The notes under the pieces: model-generated
What the model was told of the DNA's origin: nothing
What the model saw: only the letters and a program-made list of their open reading frames with translations
The model's database searches: none
Shown: in pieces, positions 1 through 11,019 of the stretch
Layout: each line of letters starts with the position of its first letter
Position numbering within the stretch: the first letter of the stretch is position 1
Translations under genes and position numbers: made by a program
Assembly: GCF_003018235.1 (NCBI RefSeq)
Contig: NZ_CP027437.1
Source of the DNA: Escherichia coli
Lineage (GTDB): Bacteria; Pseudomonadota; Gammaproteobacteria; Enterobacterales; Enterobacteriaceae
DNA length: 64,000 nt
Direction: 5' to 3' (one strand)

Positions 1-872
<872 letters not shown>

Positions 873-934
873 TTACCAGATTTAGACATCTGTTTCCGAT
901 AGCCCGTTCTGATGCTACACTTTTTGCTATTTTC

Positions 935-1621
935 ATGAACCTCATAAACACATTTATGACTGTTGCTGATTTCAAACGCCCCAAATTGGAGCTCCCAAAC
1001 GGGGCAAAAAAACTATTACTGCACTCTTGCTGTGCTCCATGTTCCGGTGAAGTGATGGAGGCGCTTCAGGCCTCGGGAATCGACTACACCATCTTTTTCT
1101 ACAACCCGAACATTCATCCTCAGAAAGAGTATTTAATTCGTAAGGATGAGAATATTCGCTTTGCTAAACAACACGGCGTGCCATTTATTGATGCTGATTA
1201 CGACACAGACAACTGGTTTGAGCGAGCCAAAGGAATGGAATGGGAGCCTGAACGAGGGATCCGTTGTACCATGTGTTTTGACATGCGTTTTGAGCGGACT
1301 GCGCTGTATGCCGCTGAAAATGGTTTCAGTGTGATCAGTAGCTCACTGGGCATTTCACGCTGGAAAAATATGCAGCAGGTTAACGACTGTGGACGGCGAG
1401 CCGTCGCGTATTATCCGGGCATGGTGTACTGGGATTATAACTGGCGAAAGCAGGGCGGCTCTTCCCGCATGATTGAAATCAGCAAGCGCGAACAATTCTA
1501 TCAGCAGGAATATTGTGGCTGCGTGTATTCACTGCGCGATACCAATCTACACCGCAAATCTCAGGGACGCCCTCTAATCAAAATTGGTCAACTCCACTAC
1601 GGTAAAGAAGGGCAGGAATGA
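935..1621 (+). CDS. DUF208 / QueH-like epoxyqueuosine reductase (start uncertain; ORF is open from a GTG at 842)
   Basis: [11 protein letters not shown] and YNPNIHP motifs plus several downstream Cys, as in DUF208/QueH proteins; about 230 aa. Confidence 0.6.
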   Translation: MNLINTFMTVADFKRPKLELPNGAKKLLLHSCCAPCSGEVMEALQASGIDYTIFFYNPNIHPQKEYLIRKDENIRFAKQHGVPFIDADYDTDNWFERAKGMEWEPERGIRCTMCFDMRFERTALYAAENGFSVISSSLGISRWKNMQQVNDCGRRAVAYYPGMVYWDYNWRKQGGSSRMIEISKREQFYQQEYCGCVYSLRDTNLHRKSQGRPLIKIGQLHYGKEGQE

Positions 1622-2236
1622 TTTTATATTATGCCAACAACGGAGCGTAGCAGTGTTTCTATATATAGTACGCCTACCTTAATTTTCAAATAATCATGAT
1701 TAATGAGCAGGTCATCAGTGCAAGCAATGACCTGCTCATCTTGTTGAAATTAGAGGAAATCTTGAAGCCATGATATGGCTTAAAATAACGTTTGATTATT
1801 TTACCTGCTGTTTGTCCCTGGTTTAAAGTCGGTTGTCTGATTTGATTACGCGCAACTGACGCTTACGTATTGAAGTAACGAGCACGAAGACACATATTTA
1901 TCAGTGCCTGTATACGTCAAGAGCAGGAGATTTATGTGCTGGTTCTCAAATGCACGCTGGCTATTGTGGCTGTAATGGCAATTTATTGTCTTGTTATTGT
2001 TCTTATGGATCACCTTACTGATTGATTTCATATTGGCGAGGTAACGGTAGTTAAGTAGAATGGCTGCGGGTGCTTGAGGCTATCTGCCTCGGGCATGAAC
2101 ACCAACGGCAGATAGAGAAAAGCCCCAGTTAACATTACGCGTCCTGCAAGACGCTTAACATTAATCTGAGGCCAATTTCATGCTAGACACATGTAGGTTA
2201 GCCTCTTACGTGCCGAAAGGCAAGGAGAAGCAGGCT

Positions 2237-2392
2237 ATGAAGCAGCAAAAGGCGATGTTAATCGCCCTGATCGTCATTTGTTTAACCGTCATAGTGACGG
2301 CACTGGTAACGAGGAAAGACCTCTGCGAGGTACGAATCCGAACCGGCCAGACGGAGGTCGCTGTCTTCACAGCTTACGAACCTGAGGAGTAA
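2237..2392 (+). CDS. hokD: Hok-family type I toxin HokD (RelF), 51 aa
   Basis: Translation MKQQKAMLIALIVICLTVIVTALVTRKDLCEVRIRTGQTEVAVFTAYEPEE; SD aaggag 6 nt upstream of the ATG. Confidence 0.9.
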   Translation: MKQQKAMLIALIVICLTVIVTALVTRKDLCEVRIRTGQTEVAVFTAYEPEE

Positions 2393-2462
2393 GAGACCCG
2401 GCGAGGGAGAAATCCCTCGCCACCTCTGATGTGGCAGGCATCCTCAACGCACCCGCACTTAA

Positions 2463-2490
2463 CCCGCTTCGGCGGGTTTTTGTTTTTATT
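2463..2490 (+). terminator. Rho-independent terminator after hokD
   Basis: Hairpin cccgc-ttcg-gcggg followed by tttttgttttt. Confidence 0.7.
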
Positions 2491-2608
2491 TTCAACGCGT
2501 TTGAAGTTCTGGACGGTGCCGGAATAGAATCAAAAATACTTAAGTAGCGCGCAGGGATAAGAGGGATGGTCCCTTAAAGGGGAGAGCTAATTATCCGGAA
2601 GGATTCTG

Positions 2609-2860
2609 ATGATGAACATCGAAGAACTGCGTAAAATTTTTTGTGAAGATGGCCTCTATGCTGTGTGCGTTGAAAATGGAAATCTTGTTAGTCATTACCG
2701 CATTATGTGTTTGCGAAAGAATGGGGCTGCGTTAATTAATTTTGTGGATGGTCGAGTGACAGACGGATTTATCTTGCGCGAAGGTGAGTTTGTCACTTCA
2801 TTACAGGCACTGAAAGAGATCGGAATAAAAGCAGGCTTTTCAGCTTTTGCAGAAGAATAA
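2609..2860 (+). CDS. rem: Qin prophage small protein Rem
   Basis: 83-aa ORF MMNIEELRKIF... in the conserved hokD-rem-ydfU-Q order. Confidence 0.8.
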   Translation: MMNIEELRKIFCEDGLYAVCVENGNLVSHYRIMCLRKNGAALINFVDGRVTDGFILREGEFVTSLQALKEIGIKAGFSAFAEE

Positions 2861-2926
2861 ACTCATCTACAATCTTGCGCGGGGCTGAACTCCCGCTGAG
2901 TAACACCGTGCCACCGGAGAAAACCG

Positions 2927-3205
2927 ATGGCACGCAACGTAAAATATTACAATTCTGATAATTCGCCCGTTCTTGCCTGCACGCACGAGCGGTATTCTCA
3001 CGCATTCAAGTCTGAATGGTTCCAGCACCCTCCATGCACTGAAGAGCAGGCTGAATGGATAATTCAGTGTTACCGCAGGCGCGGATACGAGGTTAAGAAA
3101 GCCCTTAGTCTCGACTACCGTCACTGGATAATCTCAGTCAGATTGCCTTACTCCGAACGCCCACCGCGTCCGTCCCGTACATTCCAGCAACGCATCTGGA
3201 GGTAA
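2927..3205 (+). CDS. Hypothetical Cys/His-rich protein (92 aa) directly upstream of ydfU
   Basis: ORF ends 1 nt before the ydfU GTG start; no recognisable family. Confidence 0.4.
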   Translation: MARNVKYYNSDNSPVLACTHERYSHAFKSEWFQHPPCTEEQAEWIIQCYRRRGYEVKKALSLDYRHWIISVRLPYSERPPRPSRTFQQRIWR

Positions 3206-3206
3206 C

Positions 3207-4256
3207 GTGCGGGTATTACTTCGACCTGTTCTGGTACCGGAACTCGGGCTGGTGGTCGTTAAGCCGGGCCGTGAATCCATGCCGGTATTCCACAATACCC
3301 GGGTACTGGTGGAGCCGGAACCGAAAAGCATGCGTAATCTGCCGTCCGGGGTCGTTCCTGCCGTTCGCCAGCCGCTGGTGGAAGACAAAACATTGCTGCC
3401 GTTTTTCAGTAACGCACGGGTAATTCGTGCTGCTGGTGGTGCTGGTGCATTGTCTGACTGGCTGTTGCGCCATATTAAATCCTGCCAGTGGCCACACGGC
3501 GATTATCATCACAGTGAAACCGTTATTCACCGTTATGGTACCGGCGCAATGGTGTTGTGCTGGCACTGCGACAACCAGCTGCGTGACCAGACATCCGAAT
3601 CACTCGAGCAACTTGCTCATCAAAACCTGTCAGCATGGATGATTGACGTCATCGGTCACGCAATAAGCGGTACGCAGGAGCGTGAATTATCTCTGGCTGA
3701 ATTATCCTGGTGGGCGGTCCGCAATCAGGTGGCGGACGCGCTACCGGAAGCGGTATTACGTCGCTCGCTGGGATTACCAGCGGAAAAAAACTGCTCGGTG
3801 TACCGCGAAAGCGACATCGTACCGGGAGAGCAGACCGCCACCAGCATATTGAAACAGCGCACAAAAAATCTTGCACCGTTGCCTCACGCCCACCAGCAAC
3901 AAAACCCATCACAGGAAAAGACGGTGGTAAGCATCACCGTTGATCCAGAGTCTCCGGAATCTTTCATGAAGCTGCCTAAACGTCACCGTTGGGTTAAGGA
4001 GAAATACACACGCTGGGTTAAGACACAGCCGTGTGCTTGCTGCGGTATGCCAGCCGACGATCCGCATCATCTGATTGGTCACGGGCAGGGCGGAATGGGA
4101 ACCAAAGCACATGATCTCTTTGTGTTGCCTTTGTGCAGAAAGCATCACGACGAGCTGCATGCGAATACCGTGGCATTTGAAGAGAAGTATGGCTCCCAGC
4201 TGGAGCTGATATTTCGTTTTATCGATCGTGCGCTGGCAATAGGCGTACTGGCGTAA
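3207..4256 (+). CDS. ydfU: DUF968 protein YdfU with C-terminal HNH-like Cys/His cluster
   Basis: 349-aa ORF with GTG start and SD ggagg; C-terminus CACCGMPADDPHHLIGHGQGG...CRKHHDELH. Confidence 0.85.
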   Translation: MRVLLRPVLVPELGLVVVKPGRESMPVFHNTRVLVEPEPKSMRNLPSGVVPAVRQPLVEDKTLLPFFSNARVIRAAGGAGALSDWLLRHIKSCQWPHGDYHHSETVIHRYGTGAMVLCWHCDNQLRDQTSESLEQLAHQNLSAWMIDVIGHAISGTQERELSLAELSWWAVRNQVADALPEAVLRRSLGLPAEKNCSVYRESDIVPGEQTATSILKQRTKNLAPLPHAHQQQNPSQEKTVVSITVDPESPESFMKLPKRHRWVKEKYTRWVKTQPCACCGMPADDPHHLIGHGQGGMGTKAHDLFVLPLCRKHHDELHANTVAFEEKYGSQLELIFRFIDRALAIGVLA

Positions 4257-4269
4257 GTGGAGAACGAGC

Positions 4270-5022
4270 ATGAACCTTGAAGCTTTACCAAAATATTACT
4301 CCCCAAAATCTCCAAAATTGAGTGATGACGCACCGGCGACAGGCTCGGGTGGTTTAACAATAACAGATGTGATGGCTGCGCAGGGGATGGTGCAGTCGAA
4401 AGCTCCGCTTGGTTTTGCCTTATTCCTGGCAAAAGTTGGTGTTGAGGATCCTCAGTTTGCGATTGAAGGTCTGCTCAATTACGCGATGGCAATGGATAAT
4501 CCGACATTGAACAAATTGAGTGAAGAAATCCGGTTACAGATCATCCCTTACCTTGTGAATTTTGCCTTTGCTGATTATTCCAGGTCTGCGGCAAGTAAGG
4601 CTCGCTGTGAGTATTGTGCTGGTACTGGATTTCATAATGTATTGCGCGAAGTGGTGAAACACTCCAGAAGTGGGGAATCTGTTATCAAGGAAGAGTGGGT
4701 GAAGGAACTATGTCAGCATTGCCATGGTAAGGGAGAAGTCAGCACAGCGTGCAGAGGGTGTAAGGGGAAAGGTATTGTCCTGGATGAAAAAAGAACCCGG
4801 CTTCATAGCACGCCTGTTTATAAGGTTTGTGGGCGTTGCAATGGAAACCGGTTTAGTCGTTTACCAACGACACTGGCGCGGTGTCATGTCCAGAAGCTGG
4901 TACCAGACCTGACGGATTATCAGTGGTACAAAGGATATGCAGATGTCATTGATAAACTGGTTACAAAGTGCTGGCAGGAAGAAGCATATGCTGAGGTGCA
5001 ATTAAGAAAAGTGACGAGATAA
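4270..5022 (+). CDS. quuQ: Late-gene antiterminator Q
   Basis: 250-aa ORF with Cys-rich zinc-finger region (CEYCAGTG...CQHCHGKGE...CRGCKGKG...CGRCNGN); sits upstream of the lysis genes. Confidence 0.85.
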   Translation: MNLEALPKYYSPKSPKLSDDAPATGSGGLTITDVMAAQGMVQSKAPLGFALFLAKVGVEDPQFAIEGLLNYAMAMDNPTLNKLSEEIRLQIIPYLVNFAFADYSRSAASKARCEYCAGTGFHNVLREVVKHSRSGESVIKEEWVKELCQHCHGKGEVSTACRGCKGKGIVLDEKRTRLHSTPVYKVCGRCNGNRFSRLPTTLARCHVQKLVPDLTDYQWYKGYADVIDKLVTKCWQEEAYAEVQLRKVTR

Positions 5023-5192
5023 ATGATTTTCACCGAACGATGGCGACATAACGATTGTATTTTCTAAGGAAACGTGCAAAGAGTTTTCCAATGATGAGCC
5101 TTATATGCATACCTGTGGAAAATATCAATAAGCCGCGCAGAGTGGTTTTTTTGTGGACATAAACTTTGTGCAGAACGGTAACCATTATGGTT

Positions 5193-5229
5193 GCCGTGAA
5201 TGCAGTTTTTTTACATTGCTGGCTTTTTT
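5193..5229 (+). terminator. tR'-like intrinsic terminator about 190 nt downstream of Q
   Basis: Imperfect hairpin gccgtgaatg...cattgctggc followed by tttttt; matches the lambda PR'/tR' layout. Confidence 0.4.
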
Positions 5230-6099
5230 AGATTTGTGTTAGTTATTGATATTAACAAGAAGGGGAAAAGACATGCTAAAACGGCAGGATATGAAGGAAA
5301 CGGTTATGCGTGAATGTTCCAGTGTGATTAACCATATCATCTGGAGAAGCCATCCTGATGCAGGGAAGAGGTAACAGTAACGCGCATCAATCAGGCTGCA
5401 AATAAATGGCTTACGCCGGAAATCTGGCTATCGATGTATTACCGGTTTGTTACCCATGAAGAAAATTAAGGTGATAACGAAACTGATTTTATAGGTGTCT
5501 TGTCAGAGTGTTGCGATGAAACTTGTGTTGGCAGTGCAGGGAAAACAGTAGGATGAAAATTATAAATTGCTTTAAATGAGCTTGATTTTCCTCATGTTAT
5601 GAGATATTTGTCTTATATTGCTGGTTAATTATGAAAATTTTTGTAAATCTACAGCAATAAAATCCATATTAATTAAAGCACTAGATGCGTTTCTGATTTG
5701 TGCATGAAACATACATATCATAATGATTAATTGCATCTATAATTACAGATACAGCATTGTGCTATTAAAAAACTGGAGTCCCCATGAATACATTATATGT
5801 AAGTGATTCAAATGAAAAATCTCATGACAGGAATAAAAACAATGAGGATAGTAAGGGTAAGGATAATAAAAAAGACAACCGGAAAGAGTAAATAATCTTT
5901 CCTGCATGAAAATACTAGGGTGGAATATGTCAGAACATCCAGATTTTGATGACCGTAAGCCTGATGATGAGCCCGTTGAGCGTCCTGATGAGGGGCAACC
6001 ATTGAACCCTTTTTCACCGGATGATAAAAGAGATCCTATTATTTAGATATAGCAGAATATAGCCGTTTAAAGTAGGTTGTGTTTTGTTGCTATCCTTAA

Positions 6100-6126
6100 A
6101 CCACCTCCACAGGAGGTGGTTTTTTA
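6100..6126 (+). terminator. Strong Rho-independent terminator
   Basis: Perfect 9-bp stem accacctcc / ggaggtggt with 3-nt loop, then ttttt. Confidence 0.8.
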
Positions 6127-6182
6127 CTAATGGAACATTAATTGGCAGATGTGATTGTGTACGACTTATGGGAGGCTTAAGA

Positions 6183-6368
6183 TTATTTTCTGCCAATAAT
6201 AAAACCAAGCGTTAACCCTATGCTTAGAGCAACCACCACGCTAGTCAGTGGATAATTTCTAAATTTATCTTTAACGTTTTCTTTGCCTCCCTGCAAAGCA
6301 TCGTCAGCACATGATGCATATTTTTTGACAGTATTAACTATTTCGTTTTCAGATTGATTTGAAGTCAT
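6183..6368 (-). CDS. Small tail-anchored membrane protein, DUF883 (YqjD/ElaB/YgaM)-like; 61 aa from the first ATG (ORF open to 6467 with a TTG)
   Basis: C-terminal NYPLTSVVVALSIGLTLGFIIGRK resembles the DUF883 membrane anchor; weak SD agga. Confidence 0.35.
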   Translation of the reverse strand: MTSNQSENEIVNTVKKYASCADDALQGGKENVKDKFRNYPLTSVVVALSIGLTLGFIIGRK

Positions 6369-6823
6369 GTTTGAAGTCCTGATGTTAAGTGGTTTTTTAA
6401 TTATAGCAGATATGCTTTCAATGATAGGGCGGAGAGTTGTTATTGAGGTGATACTATGACCACTCAATCAATATTACATAAAATGACGTTTACTCCTGTT
6501 TGGCACAGTAGCAGAATTTTGCTTCTGCTACTGAAGTCGCTTTAGCACTAGAATATGCAGATGGATAAAGCAGTTCAGCGTATGTACTGCGTCATGCATA
6601 TCGGTCTTGCAGATATGACGAGAAGGGGAGACAAGGTGTGTGTAATGTAGAAGTCTTTAAAGTGCTGTCTGGGATAACTCTATGCTGAAGTGCAATTGAT
6701 AAAAGTAACACGATAAAGGTTTTTCAATGAAGATGGTAACGTGATGCTTGCATTTTTCAAAAAATATGGATAAAATTTTTTCAAAGATGGGCTTTGTATA
6801 CCCGACGTTAAGAAAAAGTAGAA

Positions 6824-6852
6824 AACCCGCTGATGAGCGGGTTTTGTGCTTT
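6824..6852. terminator. Bidirectional intrinsic terminator (3' end of the cspF transcript on the - strand)
   Basis: Hairpin cccgct-gatg-agcggg flanked by T-rich tracts on both strands. Confidence 0.55.
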
Positions 6853-7137
6853 AAATGGGGCAATGGTAATGTTGAATCTCATCCCGGGACTCATGTCTGT
6901 TAACTTATTATTTAGCTGGTGACTTGGTTATTTGCCTGATGTTTAAAATGTTTTCTTCCAGTACAATGTCCCTAAACACAATGAGTCTGCTTATTATATT
7001 ATTAGCAGAGCTATTACGGCCAAAGTACAGCATAAGCTTTTAAAGCCAATCAACCAGTCATCAAGACAGACGGGGTTATTCATAAAAACTCTCCATGTGT
7101 GATCCGATGGGGCCTGAAATTAAAGCTTTAATATAGC

Positions 7138-7350
7138 TCATGAAAGGTAAACATTGGCAGCTGAAGGGCCACGCAGACCATTTATCCGGCAAAATTCCAC
7201 GCGTAATCCGGTGGTAATTTCTTCTGCATCGCGGAGATTGAGCGCTGAAACATGAAGCTGGACATCGATACGACCATCGGATGGGGTGATAAGACCCTTG
7301 CCGCTTTTGCCGTCAAAGGTTTTGACAATTCCTGTCATTTTACGGGACAA
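7138..7350 (-). CDS. cspF: Cold-shock-like protein CspF
   Basis: 70-aa translation [70 protein letters not shown]. Confidence 0.9.
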
Positions 7351-7650
7351 AAAAATTCCTTAATACTGATAACTTGGCGCACTATACACACGTTCCTGAA
7401 GAAAGCTATAGTTTTTTGATGGGGTTGAAGATGGCTGGATGTCTAAAATAAACATTGCTTCATATGTTCAACTATGCGTTAATGATTGCGTCGGTTTGAA
7501 GAACAGACGATATACGAAGTAGTTTACTAAAGCAGTTCTCATTTCAGGTGTTATTCACTTATTCCTTCTTTGAGTCTCTCCAATTAAGTACGAAGTCGTT
7601 TCTGTTATGCAAACCATTTATGCCGAAAGGCTCAAGTTAAGGAATGTAGA

Positions 7651-7866
7651 ATGTCAAATAAAATGACTGGTTTAGTAAAATGGTTTAACGCTGATAAAGG
7701 TTTCGGCTTTATTTCTCCTGTTGATGGTAGTAAAGATGTGTTTGTGCATTTTTCTGCGATTCAGAATGATAATTATCGAACCTTATTTGAAGGTCAAAAG
7801 GTTACCTTCTCTATAGAGAGTGGTGCTAAAGGTCCTGCAGCAGTAAATGTCATCATTACTGATTAA
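7651..7866 (+). CDS. cspB: Cold-shock-like protein CspB
   Basis: 71-aa translation [26 protein letters not shown]... with the CspA-family RNP motifs. Confidence 0.9.
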   Translation: MSNKMTGLVKWFNADKGFGFISPVDGSKDVFVHFSAIQNDNYRTLFEGQKVTFSIESGAKGPAAVNVIITD

Positions 7867-8147
7867 AATTCATCGCTCGTCTGTATACGATAACGAAGAA
7901 GGCTGATGCCTGAGTAGAGATACGGACAGAGTAGTGAATATTGGATCTCTTTAATAAAAAGTAAGGAGATCCAATACATGAAACAATGGCCAGCATATTT
8001 GGCAAAATCTTAATCAGGAAAAGTATGCTAACCATTGTGGTGAAGTGCAGGTTTGCTGCATGAATAGTTTCACAGCAGAAGCTAACTGCTGGCATCGCAA
8101 AACAAAGTGCGTAAGTGGATGACTCCCACAAAAAGCACCACAATCTC

Positions 8148-8172
8148 AAACCCGCTCAGGCGGGTTTTTTAT
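8148..8172 (+). terminator. Rho-independent terminator about 290 nt downstream of cspB
   Basis: Hairpin cccgc-tcag-gcggg followed by ttttttatt. Confidence 0.7.
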
Positions 8173-8229
8173 TATCTGCTTTAAATATATTATTAAAATA
8201 TAAAAAATACTTGTTACTAATAAAATCAA

Positions 8230-8400
8230 TCAGGCTACAGCTTTAAGATTTGTCTGGAATACTTTGTTGCAATGAGGGCAGATCAAAAGGGCACCTTTTT
8301 GTACTCTTGAAAAACTGTGTTCTGACTCTTGGGTGCAGTTTGGGCAGGAACATTTAACGAGATAATTACGGCGTGATTTTGAGTCTTTACGTTCTGACAT
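8230..8400 (-). CDS. ynfU: Small zinc-ribbon protein (56 aa), YnfU-like
   Basis: MSERKDSKSRRNYLVKCSCPNCTQ...CPHCNKVF with CxCPxC...CPxC motif; assignment to ynfU is from memory of the K-12 small-protein set. Confidence 0.5.
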   Translation of the reverse strand: MSERKDSKSRRNYLVKCSCPNCTQESEHSFSRVQKGALLICPHCNKVFQTNLKAVA

Positions 8401-8619
8401 AGGCTTTTCCTGTATAAATGGCCGTATACAGTACACTAAATATGAAAACATTTCTCGTATTATTATTTTATATATGACTTTCTTTCAAAATAATTACCCA
8501 CATTTTTAATGTGTATGTTTTTTTAGCGCCGTTGAGAACAACGTGTGCTGTCAAAACTACCCCGTAGACTCCGATCTTTTCAAACATATTGCACCATCCG
8601 TGTACATCGGGGTGAGGAT

Positions 8620-8835
8620 ATGAAATCAATGGATAAGTTAACAACAGGTGTTGCCTATGGCACATCGGCGGGTAATGCTGGTTTCTGGGCATTGCAGTTA
8701 CTCGATAAAGTAACTCCGTCACAGTGGGCTGCAATCGGTGTGCTGGGTAGCCTGGTTTTTGGCCTGCTGACGTATCTGACAAATCTTTATTTCAAGATTA
8801 AAGAAGACAGGCGTAAGGCTGCGAGAGGAGAGTAA
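8620..8835 (+). CDS. essQ: Class II holin (phage 21 S-type pinholin) with dual-start motif MKSM
   Basis: 71 aa with two transmembrane segments; Met1 and Met4 give antiholin/holin starts; followed by a SAR endolysin. Confidence 0.85.
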   Translation: MKSMDKLTTGVAYGTSAGNAGFWALQLLDKVTPSQWAAIGVLGSLVFGLLTYLTNLYFKIKEDRRKAARGE

Positions 8836-8839
8836 TCCA

Positions 8840-9147
8840 ATGACTCAAGACTATGAACTGGTTGTGAAAGGAGTCCGTAATTTTGAGAATAAAGTTACGG
8901 TAACTGTAGCCTTACAGGACAAAGAACGCTTTGACGGTGAAATTTTTGACCTGGATGTCGCCATGGACCGTGTTGAAGGAGCTGCGCTGGAGTTTTATGA
9001 GGCAGCAGCCAGAAGGAGCGTCCGGCAAGTCTTCCTGGAAGTAGCAGAAAAATTGTCAGAAAAAGTTGAGTCTTATCTGCAGCATCAGTACTCCTTTAAG
9101 ATTGAAAATCCTGCCAATAAGCACGAGCGTCCTCATCATAAATATCT

Positions 9148-9151
<4 letters not shown>
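8840..9151 (+). CDS. ydfR: DUF1327 protein YdfR
   Basis: 103-aa ORF between holin and endolysin, as in K-12 Qin. Confidence 0.8.
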
Positions 9152-10175
<1,024 letters not shown>

Positions 10176-10535
10176 GGTAATATTAAATCGGAACATTTAC
10201 ATCGCGGAATGTAAAATTTAAATAAAAAGGACTCTTCCATGAGCCAAAATTCCTGAAATCTTAAGGGTAAGAAAAGGTCTTAATCAGAATGACACGTTTT
10301 ATTAATAAATAAAGCTATTCTTTCATTGCTGTGTTTTTCTTTACAAAAGTAATCCTTGCTATGGGTGGTTAATCATGCGTTAATGGTGTTCTGGTTTGTT
10401 ACAAATTTATCTGAAGCAGTCATTGTTATAATTTTATTATTTGTACCTCTTGGGATTTCCTTGTTGGTTTTTCTCTCTGATATTTTTTTTCGGACCATTC
10501 TGCCCAAGGGCTAATTTCTTCAAAAGGTAATAATT

Positions 10536-10748
10536 ATGTCTAACAAAATGACTGGTTTAGTGAAATGGTTTAACCCTGAAAAAGGTTTTGGTTTCATCAC
10601 GCCGAAAGATGGCAGCAAAGATGTGTTTGTCCATTTCTCAGCAATTCAGAGCAACGATTTCAAAACATTAACTGAGAATCAGGAAGTTGAATTTGGTATT
10701 GAGAACGGACCTAAAGGTCCTGCCGCTGTTCATGTAGTGGCGCTTTGA
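10536..10748 (+). CDS. cspI: Cold-shock-like protein CspI
   Basis: 70-aa translation [26 protein letters not shown]... Confidence 0.9.
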   Translation: MSNKMTGLVKWFNPEKGFGFITPKDGSKDVFVHFSAIQSNDFKTLTENQEVEFGIENGPKGPAAVHVVAL

Positions 10749-10952
10749 GGTAGACAATATTACAAACCATATTCACTTTAGATGCCCGTGTTGTCATGGT
10801 TCCCAGTATAGAACATCATCTTTTGATGTTTCTGACATGAATCCTTTCGGGGCAAAATGTATCTTTTGTAAATCAATGATGATTACATTTGATAATATTT
10901 CACAATACTTAAATGCCAGCCGTCTGTCGTTGGATTTAAAAAAGTGAAAATG

Positions 10953-10976
10953 AAGGCTCCTTCGGGAGCTTTTTTG
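10953..10976 (+). terminator. Rho-independent terminator
   Basis: Hairpin gctcc-ttcg-ggagc followed by tttttt. Confidence 0.65.
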
Positions 10977-11019
10977 CTTGGTGTCTATTCGATGGATACT
11001 CACATACTACGGTAACATC

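Noticed and set aside
5023-8619. Looked for stx genes or tRNA genes (the usual cargo after Q in Stx phages)
   Set aside because: No ORF with A/B toxin subunit features and no tRNA-like sequence (no GGTTCGAATCC-type T-arm, no cloverleaf candidates) was seen by eye.
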